NCBI GenBank assembly: GCA_965207065.1
Contig: OZ242260.1
Coordinates: 1,216,001-1,280,000, forward strand
DNA: 64,000 nucleotides
DNA from: a bacterium
Lineage (GTDB): Bacteria > UBA8248
Direction of reading: 5' to 3'
Shown here in pieces: positions 35,609 through 44,198 of this stretch. Position 1 is the first letter of the stretch; every line of letters begins with the position of its first letter. A model generated the notes under the pieces. It made no database searches. It saw only the letters and a program-made list of their open reading frames with translations, and was not told the DNA's origin. The position numbers were made by a program, and so were the translations under genes.

Positions 35609-36724
35609 TCAATCTACCCTTTCAACCGTTGCGTCTCGAACCAGAAAAATTCTTCCGTCTATCTCATTTTCGTTTAACCGCGGCTCCTCGGTCGACGTGA
35701 TGAACGTCTGCGCTCCCAGGGAACCCAGGAACAACAACACCCTCTTTTTCCTGCCCGCGTCGAGCTCCGAGCCCAAATCATCGAGCAGCACGACGGGAGC
35801 TTCCTTTCTCCTTCTCTTGTATTCCTCAGCGTTCGCCGATACCAGCAATATCGTGATGAGACGCTGCTCTCCCTGGGAAGCGACCTCTTTCGCCCGGCGC
35901 CCGTCCCACGACAGGTGAAAATCATCGAGCTGCGGCCCCCAAAGCGTCGTCCTTCTCGCCATTTCCTCCTTTGCGAGTCTCTGCGCCGTCGCTCGCAAGC
36001 CCTCTCGTATTTCTCCTTCCGCGTCTTCGTCTCCACTCTGGAAACCCCTGGCTTCATACGAAACGGAAACCCTGGCTTCTCGCGTTTCTCCAAATAAATT
36101 CTCCAGGTGGTTCAGCCGGTTTTTCAGAGAATGTATATAACTTTTCCTGCGGACGATAATGCGGGCGGCCATCTCGATTAGTCGCTCTTGCCACACCTGA
36201 ATCATAGCAGATTCGCCCCCGTTTCTCAAAAGGTGATTCCTCTCGGAAAGCAGTTTCAAATACCCTCTGGAATCCTCGATATGCTGCGGTTCGACAGCCG
36301 CTATCGCTTGATCGAAAAACCGCCTTCTCGCTCCGGGGCCCTCCTTGATGACTTGAGGCGTTTCGGGGAAAAAAACGATAACGTGCGAACTATCGAGATA
36401 GGGCAGCAGGCCCCGCAGTTCCTGGCCATCTTTCTTGTATTTTCTCTCGCGTCCGTGGAACGCTGCTTCGAGCCTCGTTTCTTTCGCGCTCCCCTCATCG
36501 ATGAACACGCCGGACGCATACATTCCCTCGCCGCCGTGCAACACCATCTTCTCTCTTGATATCCGGCGGAAAGAACGAAGGTGTGAGAGATAATAAATGG
36601 CTTCCAGCAAGTTCGTCTTGCCCGATCCGTTGTTGCCGTAAATATAGTTAAATCCGGGGTGTGGCCTGATATCGAGTTTTGGATAGTTCCTGAAGTTTTT
36701 GAGAGTAAGTTTAGCGAGGCGCAA
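35609..36724 (-). CDS. recF: DNA replication/repair protein RecF
   Basis: NFRNY, Walker A GNNGSGKTNLLEAI, SQGEQR, LLDDLGSELD. Confidence 0.93.
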   Translation of the reverse strand: MRLAKLTLKNFRNYPKLDIRPHPGFNYIYGNNGSGKTNLLEAIYYLSHLRSFRRISREKMVLHGGEGMYASGVFIDEGSAKETRLEAAFHGRERKYKKDGQELRGLLPYLDSSHVIVFFPETPQVIKEGPGARRRFFDQAIAAVEPQHIEDSRGYLKLLSERNHLLRNGGESAMIQVWQERLIEMAARIIVRRKSYIHSLKNRLNHLENLFGETREARVSVSYEARGFQSGDEDAEGEIREGLRATAQRLAKEEMARRTTLWGPQLDDFHLSWDGRRAKEVASQGEQRLITILLVSANAEEYKRRRKEAPVVLLDDLGSELDAGRKKRVLLFLGSLGAQTFITSTEEPRLNENEIDGRIFLVRDATVERVD

Positions 36725-36739
36725 AGGATATCCTCAGAC

Positions 36740-36945
36740 ACGGGTTCTTTTAAGACTATATAGATCATTTAAAAAGTAGTGGTAGTAGGAACGGTGATAT
36801 TGTGGATAACCTCGCAACGCATTCAAAAAAGAGTTCTTGTCCGGTCGGGAAGGTGTGCGGTAATTTGTGATTCGGGGCAGATAAACGGGAGTTCCCTCCC
36901 AGGACATGAAAAAGACAGGGAGTTCAACGGTTTTATCCACAATTG
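36740..36945. other. oriC unwinding subregion (DnaA boxes, DnaA-trios, AT-rich DUE)
   Basis: Perfect DnaA boxes TGTGGATAA (36801-36809) and TTATCCACA (36933-36941); trio-like GTAGTGGTAGTAG (36776-36788); AT-rich tract around 36746-36775. Confidence 0.85.
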
Positions 36946-36959
36946 TTACCACGAGTGTT

Positions 36960-38321
36960 TCAAGAGAGGTCTATTTTTTGTTCGAGCGCTTGGATGGTGG
37001 GAGGGAGGGACGGGTCTGTCTTGAGCAGGTTCTCGATTTTATTTGTGGAGTGGATAACCGTGGAGTGATCCTTGCCGCCGAAGCGACGGCCGATTTCCGT
37101 GGTCGAGGCGCGCGTGAGCTTCCTCGCGAGATACATGGCAATCTGGCGGGGGACCGCGAATGAGCGTGAGCGGTTTTTTGATTTCAGATCGGTGACCCGG
37201 ACCTGGAAGTGTTCGGCGACGATCTTCTGGATGTTGTCCACCGAAGAATTCCGGGAGGGGTCTCGAATAATGCCTCGCAACACTTCCTGTGCGACAGGAA
37301 GATCGATCTCCATGTCGTGCAAAGAGGCATGAATGCCGAGTCTTATAAGGCAACCCTCGAGTTCCCGGACGTTGGAGCGGACTTTCTCCGCGATGTAGTG
37401 GGCGACCTCCCTGGGGAGGGTAAGCCCCTGCTCATCAGCTTTTTCCTGCAGGATGGCGACCTTGGTCTCGAAATCCGGCGCGCCGATATCCGCTATCATC
37501 CCCGAGACGAAGCGCGACCTGAGGCGTTCCTCCAGCCCAGGCGTATCTTTGGGCATGTTGTCACTCGTAATGACGATCTGCTTTCTTGCATCCTGCAAGG
37601 CGTTGAAAGTGAAGAAAAACTCCTCCTGGGTGCGCTCCTTCCCGGCAATAAACTGGATGTCGTCTATCATCAGGATGTCCACTTTCCGGTATTTGCTCCT
37701 GAAAGCAGCCATCTGGTTCTGCCTGATTGAGGAAATGAGATCGTTGGTGAAACTTTCGGATGAGGTATAGAAGACGCGCGTCATCGGGAGTCGATCGAGA
37801 ACATGATGGGAGATGGCATGCATCAGGTGCGTCTTTCCGAGCCCCACCCCGCCGTAAATGAACAGAGGGTTGAGGGCAACTCCTTTGCCTTCCGCCAGGC
37901 GGAGGCTGCAGGCGTGGGCGAACTCGTTCGAACGACCGACCACAAAGTTCTCGAAACGGTACTTGGGATTGAGGAAATCCGGTCGCTTTACAAGAGGCTG
38001 GGATCTCTCCTTGAGAGCCCCGCCTTCTCCTGCCGGAACCACTCCGGCTGGGATATGCGATGGATTGGCCCCGTTGATCGGCAGATCGCTCGCTGATACG
38101 GTAAGTACGATGTTGGGCCCGGCTACCTGTTCAAGCACGTCCGTGATAATACCCCAATAGCGCGATCGCAAAGTGTTCGCCGTGAACGGATCAGGGACCT
38201 CAATCGCGAGTGTAGATTCGCTTGCATCGAGTTGTTTGATGCCCGCAAACCAGCGGGTGAACGTCTGGGGGGAGACTTCCTGTTTTATTTGGTCCGCGCA
38301 ACGATGCCAGAGAGTCGTCAT
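36960..38321 (-). CDS. dnaA: Chromosomal replication initiator DnaA
   Basis: LNPKYRFENFVVG, NPLFIYGGVGLGKTHL, IDDIQF, SNVRELEG, GGKDHSTVIH; likely start MTTLW. Confidence 0.98.
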   Translation of the reverse strand: MTTLWHRCADQIKQEVSPQTFTRWFAGIKQLDASESTLAIEVPDPFTANTLRSRYWGIITDVLEQVAGPNIVLTVSASDLPINGANPSHIPAGVVPAGEGGALKERSQPLVKRPDFLNPKYRFENFVVGRSNEFAHACSLRLAEGKGVALNPLFIYGGVGLGKTHLMHAISHHVLDRLPMTRVFYTSSESFTNDLISSIRQNQMAAFRSKYRKVDILMIDDIQFIAGKERTQEEFFFTFNALQDARKQIVITSDNMPKDTPGLEERLRSRFVSGMIADIGAPDFETKVAILQEKADEQGLTLPREVAHYIAEKVRSNVRELEGCLIRLGIHASLHDMEIDLPVAQEVLRGIIRDPSRNSSVDNIQKIVAEHFQVRVTDLKSKNRSRSFAVPRQIAMYLARKLTRASTTEIGRRFGGKDHSTVIHSTNKIENLLKTDPSLPPTIQALEQKIDLS

Positions 38322-38384
38322 TTGGTAAACCAATTCATAACGTTCTTTGCGTGACGGGGCTCCCATCGCCACGAAAAAACATAG

Positions 38385-38464
38385 TTTTCCACAGGGCGAG
38401 ACAAGAGCCAATCAGATAAGGCATTTTTCCACAAACGGCTGGCAGGGGCAAGGGGTTTTCCACA
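38385..38464. promoter_or_regulatory. DnaA box cluster upstream of dnaA (second oriC subregion/autoregulation)
   Basis: Three identical TTTTCCACA at 38385-38393, 38425-38433 and 38456-38464. Confidence 0.75.
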
Positions 38465-38601
38465 AAAAATCGCAAGATCGCTTGTTTTTTGTTCTTTTTA
38501 TTGACGAAAACACGCAGCTTTTATAGGTTATGGGGCCGTACGCAAAGAGAATGCCTGGGCACCTGAACCCTTTGGATTCAGACGCTCCCTGCATGTGGTT
38601 C

Positions 38602-38630
38602 TTGACAATCATGGATTTGGTGGCTACTTT
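38602..38630 (+). promoter_or_regulatory. Putative sigma70 promoter for the rpmH operon
   Basis: TTGACA-17 nt-TACTTT; a second candidate, TTGACG-17-TAGGTT, starts at 38501. Confidence 0.55.
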
Positions 38631-38714
38631 ACGCTCGGCTTCTCGGGAAGCCTTTTCTATTGTTTATATGGCGGTTTGCGTATCCGGCCTTTGGGCCGGC
38701 AGATGGAGTCTTTG

Positions 38715-38855
38715 TTGAAAAGGACTTACCAGCCGAACAGAAGAAAACGGGTGAAGACACACGGGTTTCGTCGCCGGATGAAGACCACTGGCGGACGCGC
38801 GATCATCAGGCGCCGCCGGGTAAAGGGCCGAAAGCGTCTCGGCGTTTCCGCCTAA
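38715..38855 (+). CDS. rpmH: 50S ribosomal protein L34
   Basis: TTG start; [42 protein letters not shown]. Confidence 0.97.
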   Translation: MKRTYQPNRRKRVKTHGFRRRMKTTGGRAIIRRRRVKGRKRLGVSA

Positions 38856-38899
38856 GCGTCTCGCCGGGCTTGCCATTCCTCGACCGGAAGGGCGCAGGC

Positions 38900-39247
38900 A
38901 TGGACGTTAGCCTCCCGCCGGAGCGTCGAATCCGCAAAGGGAGCGAGTTCGCCGCCGTTCTCAGAAAAGGGCGCAAGCGCAGGTGTCCGTTATTCACGCT
39001 GTATATCCTGCCGGCTCCTTCGCGGGATCGCGCGCGGCTCGGCATTATCGCGTCACGCAGGGTGGGCGGCGCCGTTCAGAGAAATCGCGCCAAGCGGCTT
39101 CTCCGCGAAGTGTTTCGGCTTCATGGCTCTCAATTACCTGCGGGAGTGGACCTTGTGGCCGTGGCGAGGAACTCGATCGTCAGGGCGAGGCTAGAGGATG
39201 TTGAAAGGGCGTTCCGCAACGCTTTCCACGGAAAAACGAATTCCTGA
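38900..39247 (+). CDS. rnpA: Ribonuclease P protein component
   Basis: RLGIIASRRVGGAVQRNRAKRLLRE (RNR motif). Confidence 0.93.
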   Translation: MDVSLPPERRIRKGSEFAAVLRKGRKRRCPLFTLYILPAPSRDRARLGIIASRRVGGAVQRNRAKRLLREVFRLHGSQLPAGVDLVAVARNSIVRARLEDVERAFRNAFHGKTNS

Positions 39248-39485
39248 AAGAGAGATTGCTCCCATCTCCCGGGCGATCTGTGTTCTGGCAACGGCTTTGA
39301 TTCGGGGGTATCAGCTCATTTTGTCTCCCGTGATGCCGGGCAGTTGCCGATTTTCACCCTCTTGTTCTTGTTATGCGCTCGAGGCGTTTCGGCGCCACGC
39401 TCCCGCGCGGGCCTTGTGGCTCACCGTGCGACGCATCGGGCGTTGCCATCCATTTCACCCCGGGGGAAACGATCCGGTTCCCTGA
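39198..39485 (+). CDS. yidD: Membrane protein insertion efficiency factor YidD (start uncertain)
   Basis: IRGYQLILSP...CRFSPSCSCYA...RCHPFHPGGNDPVP. Confidence 0.9.
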   Translation: MLKGRSATLSTEKRIPEREIAPISRAICVLATALIRGYQLILSPVMPGSCRFSPSCSCYALEAFRRHAPARALWLTVRRIGRCHPFHPGGNDPVP

Positions 39486-39511
39486 GGGGTCCGGCGGAGG
39501 CACTTTACATC

Positions 39512-41155
39512 ATGGAAAGAAACGCGATTATCGCCGCCGTATTATCGATGGCGATACTGATCGGCTGGCAATACCTCATCGTAAAGCCGATGGAGGACGA
39601 GCAGGCTCAGAAGGAGAAGGTGGCCAAGGCGCGCACGGCGGCCCGGAACAAGGAGCGATCGAGCGCCGCGAGCACGCCGCTCAAAGCGCCCGCCTCCGTC
39701 GCCGGCCAGCCGTCCGCACCCGCCGCTCCTTCTTCGCCGACGGCAGCCGCTCCCGGCCGGCGTGTTCGGGTGGACGTGGGCGACGCGGTGTATGAGCTGA
39801 CCAACCGGGGCGCGGGCTTCTTGTCCGCGCGTCTTCTGAAATACAAACAGGGCGAGAAGAACTTCGTCCAGCTCGTGCCCCCGGGCCGCCCGGACGTGCG
39901 GCCTCTTTATTTCTGGGGCGGCCAGACGGCGCAGAAGCTCAACGAGGCCTCCTACCAGGTCGAGGGCGGCGACCTCTCGCTCTCAAGGGCGAATCCGGAA
40001 GGAACGATTCGCTTCATCTACCGCGGCGCCGACGGCCTCTCGGCGGAAAAGGCGCTCACTTTCCGCCACAACGAATACAACATCCGCACGAAAATCAGCG
40101 TCACCCGGCCCTCCGGGACCGAGGCGATGGGAGTTGTCTGGGGCCCGCGTGTGGGCGGAAGCGACGGCAACACTTATGGCGGCGTCATCGAGGGGCCGAT
40201 GAGCTTCGTGGGCGATGAGCTCGAATATGACTATCCCGAGGAAGGAAAGTCCGTCACCCACGGGGAGAGCCTCAAGTGGACTTCGCTCCAGTCGAAGCAC
40301 TTCATCGCGGCCCTTATCCCCCGGGGCGGTGCGGGCGGAGCGGAGATTCGCCTCCTCTCCAAGACGGACGACCTCAGCGATTACGCCGCCATCGTGCCCT
40401 TCGCGCGCGGGAAGAACGTCGATGCGGACTTCGACGTCTACGTGGGGCCCAAGGCGTTGGCCCACCTCGAAAAGCTCAAGGTCAACCTCGAGGATTCCCT
40501 GGACTACGGGATGTTCTCGTTTATCGCCAAGCCGCTCATGTCGATTCTGAGGTTTTTTCACGCGTTCGTGGGCAACTGGGGGGTTGCCATCATCCTGCTG
40601 ACGATCGTGGTGAAGATTATCTTCTACCCTCTCACCCACGTCAGCATGCGCAACATGAAGGAGATGCAGAAGCTCCAGCCGCGCATCACGCAGCTGCGCG
40701 AGATTTACAAGGACGACAAGAACAGGCTCAACGAGCAGACCATGGCCTTATATAAGGAGCACAAGGTCAACCCGATGATGGGCTGCCTGCCGATGCTGAT
40801 ACAGATTCCCGTCTTCTTCGGGCTGTATGAAGCGCTCCTGGTGTCGATAGAGCTTCGCAACGCGCCCTTTTTCGGCTGGGTTCAGGACCTCTCGGTGCAG
40901 GACCCCTACCACGTGTATACGATACTCATGGGAGCGTCGATGTTCCTGCAGCAGAAGATGACGCCCACCGCGGGCGACCCCACCCAGGCGAAGATGATGA
41001 TGTTCATGCCCATCGTCTTCACGGGCATGTTCATCTTCTATCCCGTGCCCGTGGGGCTGGTGATCTACTGGCTCGTGAACAACCTGCTCTCCATCGCGCA
41101 GCAATTCTACGTGAACCGTTCCGTGCAGCCGCCCAAGCTGGCCGAGGAGAATTGA
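39512..41155 (+). CDS. yidC: Membrane protein insertase YidC
   Basis: GNWGVAIILLT, NPMMGCLPMLIQIPVF, GLVIYWLVNN; start MERNAII with GGAGG RBS. Confidence 0.96.
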   Translation: MERNAIIAAVLSMAILIGWQYLIVKPMEDEQAQKEKVAKARTAARNKERSSAASTPLKAPASVAGQPSAPAAPSSPTAAAPGRRVRVDVGDAVYELTNRGAGFLSARLLKYKQGEKNFVQLVPPGRPDVRPLYFWGGQTAQKLNEASYQVEGGDLSLSRANPEGTIRFIYRGADGLSAEKALTFRHNEYNIRTKISVTRPSGTEAMGVVWGPRVGGSDGNTYGGVIEGPMSFVGDELEYDYPEEGKSVTHGESLKWTSLQSKHFIAALIPRGGAGGAEIRLLSKTDDLSDYAAIVPFARGKNVDADFDVYVGPKALAHLEKLKVNLEDSLDYGMFSFIAKPLMSILRFFHAFVGNWGVAIILLTIVVKIIFYPLTHVSMRNMKEMQKLQPRITQLREIYKDDKNRLNEQTMALYKEHKVNPMMGCLPMLIQIPVFFGLYEALLVSIELRNAPFFGWVQDLSVQDPYHVYTILMGASMFLQQKMTPTAGDPTQAKMMMFMPIVFTGMFIFYPVPVGLVIYWLVNNLLSIAQQFYVNRSVQPPKLAEEN

Positions 41156-41239
41156 CGCGGAAAATGCGCTTTCGACTCCGGAATCAACCCGGCCTGCCTG
41201 CCAGGCGTAGTTCTCCCCGGAAGTCCTGGAGACGAGAAA

Positions 41240-42331
41240 ATGAATTTTAGCGGCGATGGCTGGGCTGATGGCGGCATGGGAGGTCCGGGCTTTCATTACT
41301 TCTCCCCCGGCGAGAATCCCGACCTGAGCCCCTTCGCGGAAATGACAGGCCGTGCGCTCAGGCGCGTCATCGAGCGCATGGACCTGGAGGTCCTCGTCCT
41401 GGCGCTTCGCGATGCGCAGCCGCGCGTGGTGGAGCGGGTGCTCAGGAACGTATCCTCCAAGAACGCGGCTCATATCCGCGAGGAAATCGAGCGCTCGGGC
41501 TCCGGGGAGAGCGAGCGGAGCGTCGAGGCGCGCCAGATGTTGATGCAGACCGCCTACGCCATGAAACACCACGGCGACATTACTTTCGACGGCCCTGCCG
41601 ATGACGCCATTCCCCCGTTGGACCGGGCGCTCGAAGAGGGGCTCGCCGCGTTTCACTCTTCCGAGAGCAAGGCCGAAAATGCCGTATCGCTCATTGTCGC
41701 TCTGGCCGCGCGGGCGGAGCAGCACGGGTTGCTCTCTCTGGAACCGGCCCTCGAAAGGAGCCCGGACGGGATTTTCTCCACCGGTCTTCGAATGCTTGTG
41801 GATCAGGCGCCCTGGGATGAGGCCGAGATGATCCTCGCCCGGCAAATCGAGTCCTCCCTCGCAGCAATGGTAAGAAACAATGAGGTTGCCATTGAGGGCG
41901 CGCTGGCGATACTCGAGGGTGTAAGCGAAGGTCGCGCCCGCGCGCGACTCGTCGCTTTCCTGCCCGAGGGCGAGGCGGATTATGAACGCTTGCCCGGCGT
42001 CCGCTTTTCTCCTTCGGCCCAGGCAACGGTCGACATCATCAGCCTGTGCGTGGAACTTGCAGGCCTTGCCTCCCGCGATGAGGGCGGAGCGATTGCGGAG
42101 CGACTCGAATGGATTCAGGAACCACTCCTCAAGACGGGGCTCAAGTGGGCGCTCGAGGGCGCCACGATAGAAGACGTCGAAAGGCTCCTCAGCCGAAAGG
42201 GGCAGACGCGCCTTGACAGAGAACGCAGAAAGCTCGAATGCCTGGCGGAGGGCTTCATGCTCATCAGAGAAGGGCACCCCGAGGACTTTATCCGTGAGGC
42301 CATCGGCGGCTATCTCGAGGATGAGGCTTGA
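41240..42331 (+). CDS. FliG C-terminal domain fused to two MotA-like cytoplasmic repeats (uncharacterised)
   Basis: aa ~28-116 resemble FliG_C (VLALRDA..VVERVLRNVSSKNAAHIREEI...EARQ...GDI); aa ~148-242 and ~263-359 resemble MotA cytoplasmic segments (GLLSLE...FSTGLRMLVD...IEGALAILEG). Confidence 0.7.
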   Translation: MNFSGDGWADGGMGGPGFHYFSPGENPDLSPFAEMTGRALRRVIERMDLEVLVLALRDAQPRVVERVLRNVSSKNAAHIREEIERSGSGESERSVEARQMLMQTAYAMKHHGDITFDGPADDAIPPLDRALEEGLAAFHSSESKAENAVSLIVALAARAEQHGLLSLEPALERSPDGIFSTGLRMLVDQAPWDEAEMILARQIESSLAAMVRNNEVAIEGALAILEGVSEGRARARLVAFLPEGEADYERLPGVRFSPSAQATVDIISLCVELAGLASRDEGGAIAERLEWIQEPLLKTGLKWALEGATIEDVERLLSRKGQTRLDRERRKLECLAEGFMLIREGHPEDFIREAIGGYLEDEA

Positions 42332-42924
42332 GCGAGGCCGCCGCACGCAAGCAGTGGACGCTTCCCGTCCGAAACCGCCACCTCCTGCTTACCAGGGGAA
42401 GGCGGCGGGCCATGCCGCCCGTCAAGACGTTGCGCGCTATTGGCCTTAAGCGCGGCATGCGTTTCCTGGACGTCGGCTGCGGACCCGGATACTTTGCGGT
42501 TCCCGCCTGCGGCGTGGTGGGGAAATACGGCCGTGTGCTCGCCTGCGACGTTTCTCCCGTGATGATCGCCGAACTTCGGGCAGAGGCCGAAAAGCGAGGC
42601 TATTCCAACCTGACGGCGAAGCGAAACCAGGGTTCCCGAATTCCCTTTCCGGATGCGAGTGCGGACTTCGTGCTCATCGCCTTCGTGCTGCACGGGTTGG
42701 CGGACATCCAGCCTCTGCTCGCAGAATCAAGGCGCGCGATGAAAAAGGGCTCCGCCATCACGCTGATCGACTGGCACAAGAAGCCCATGGATATGGGGCC
42801 GCCCCTCGAGGCGCGCTTCGAGCCCGAAGAGCTCGTTGCGCAGTTGCGCGATGCAGGCTTTCGCAATCCGCGCTGGTGGGATTTCGACGGCAACACGTAT
42901 TTCGCTGCCGCGGAGGGGCCCTGA
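42328..42924 (+). CDS. Class I SAM-dependent methyltransferase
   Basis: FLDVGCGPG, ACDVS, IPFPDASADFV, IDWHKKP..MGPP; overlaps the upstream stop by 4 nt. Confidence 0.85.
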   Translation: MSEAAARKQWTLPVRNRHLLLTRGRRRAMPPVKTLRAIGLKRGMRFLDVGCGPGYFAVPACGVVGKYGRVLACDVSPVMIAELRAEAEKRGYSNLTAKRNQGSRIPFPDASADFVLIAFVLHGLADIQPLLAESRRAMKKGSAITLIDWHKKPMDMGPPLEARFEPEELVAQLRDAGFRNPRWWDFDGNTYFAAAEGP

Positions 42925-43050
42925 CGGCTGTCAGGGCGGAGGCGATGCGCTATAATCCGGCCATTGCCGGCGGGCCGTGCGGGACTTCTGCTTGAGTGGC
43001 GGCGGCGTGAGACGATGAGCGGCCCGGGCGTTTCGTCGGGAGGAGGGAAC

Positions 43051-43434
43051 ATGCGCTCGCAAGGGGGTATCCTTGTTCTGGCGGTTGCGCTCGCTCTGAT
43101 GCTCAACAACCTGTATTTCGCGGTCAGCCCCAAGGCGGCCAAAGGTGTTTTTCATTGGCTTGATGCAGCCGTCATCGCCGCGCTGGTTTTCGTTCTTGTC
43201 GCGAACATTCGCGGTTTGATGAGCAACGAAGCCGTATGGCACCGGGTCGTGGCGGCGATAGCGGCTGGTGTTCTGGTGAATTTTTACGCCTATAACTATC
43301 TGGCCAAGATGGCGGACAGCGGGCTGGAGAGCGGGACCCTGTGGCTGGTTCTGGTGCCTTTCACGGTTCCCATGCTCGCCTATGAGGGGTTTTTGATGAT
43401 TCGCACGTCCGGACGGGAGCGAGATGGAAAATAA
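43051..43434 (+). CDS. Hypothetical 4-TM membrane protein
   Basis: GGAGG RBS before ATG at 43051; four hydrophobic segments. Confidence 0.6.
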   Translation: MRSQGGILVLAVALALMLNNLYFAVSPKAAKGVFHWLDAAVIAALVFVLVANIRGLMSNEAVWHRVVAAIAAGVLVNFYAYNYLAKMADSGLESGTLWLVLVPFTVPMLAYEGFLMIRTSGRERDGK

Positions 43435-44185
43435 ATCCTCGATTCAAGGACACGTGGCGCTCGTCACGGCGGGTGCGGTGGGAATCGGCGAAGCGACCGC
43501 CGAGCGCTTGGCGTACGAGGGCGCGCGCGTCGCGCTGCTCGACCTCGACGAGGCGAAGGGCGAGGCCGCCGCGCGGCGGATACAAGCCGAGGGCGGGGAG
43601 GCGCGCTTCATCAATACAGACGCCACTTCGTCGAACGAGATCAAGGCGGCCGTGGAGGCGGCGCTCCACGCCTGGGGACGCATCGACATTCTCGTGAACT
43701 GCGCCGGCGGTTTCGTGGAGAATCCCGCCATCGAGGATCTGGACGAAGCGCAGTGGCGCCGCGTCGTGGACCTCAACCTGAAGAGCGTCTTCCTGTGCGC
43801 GCGCGCCGTTATGCCCTTTATGAAGAAAGCGCGCTACGGCCGCATCGTGAACATCGCCTCCCAGGCGGGCCGTGACGCCGTCGCGGAGACGGGCCTCGCC
43901 TACGGCGCGGCCAAAGCGGGCCTGTTCGGCTTTTGCAGGCGGCTGTCGGTCGAGGTGGCGCCCCACGGCGTCACCGTGAACACGGTGGCCCCGGGCGTGG
44001 TGCTCACCCCGAGGACGGCCGTGGTCCATAAGGACAGAATACCCGAGATAGTCGCGAAAATACCGGTGGGCCGCGTGGCGGACGCCGCGGACATCGCCGA
44101 CGCCGTATGGTTTCTCGCCAGACCCGAAGCGCGCTACGTTACGGGCGTGACGCTCGACGTCAACGGCGGCAGGTACGTCCACTAG
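43424..44185 (+). CDS. SDR family oxidoreductase (FabG-like)
   Basis: VTAGAVGIG, DILVNCAG, YGAAK, VNTVAPG, DVNGG. Confidence 0.92.
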   Translation: MENKSSIQGHVALVTAGAVGIGEATAERLAYEGARVALLDLDEAKGEAAARRIQAEGGEARFINTDATSSNEIKAAVEAALHAWGRIDILVNCAGGFVENPAIEDLDEAQWRRVVDLNLKSVFLCARAVMPFMKKARYGRIVNIASQAGRDAVAETGLAYGAAKAGLFGFCRRLSVEVAPHGVTVNTVAPGVVLTPRTAVVHKDRIPEIVAKIPVGRVADAADIADAVWFLARPEARYVTGVTLDVNGGRYVH

Positions 44186-44198
44186 AAAGGGAATTCAC

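Noticed and set aside
37040-37060. DnaA-box-like AGTGGATAA inside dnaA
   Set aside because: Explained by the conserved VIHS codons; a function cannot be supported from sequence alone
40748-42346. 532-aa minus-strand ORF
   Set aside because: Antisense shadow of yidC and the FliG/MotA-like gene
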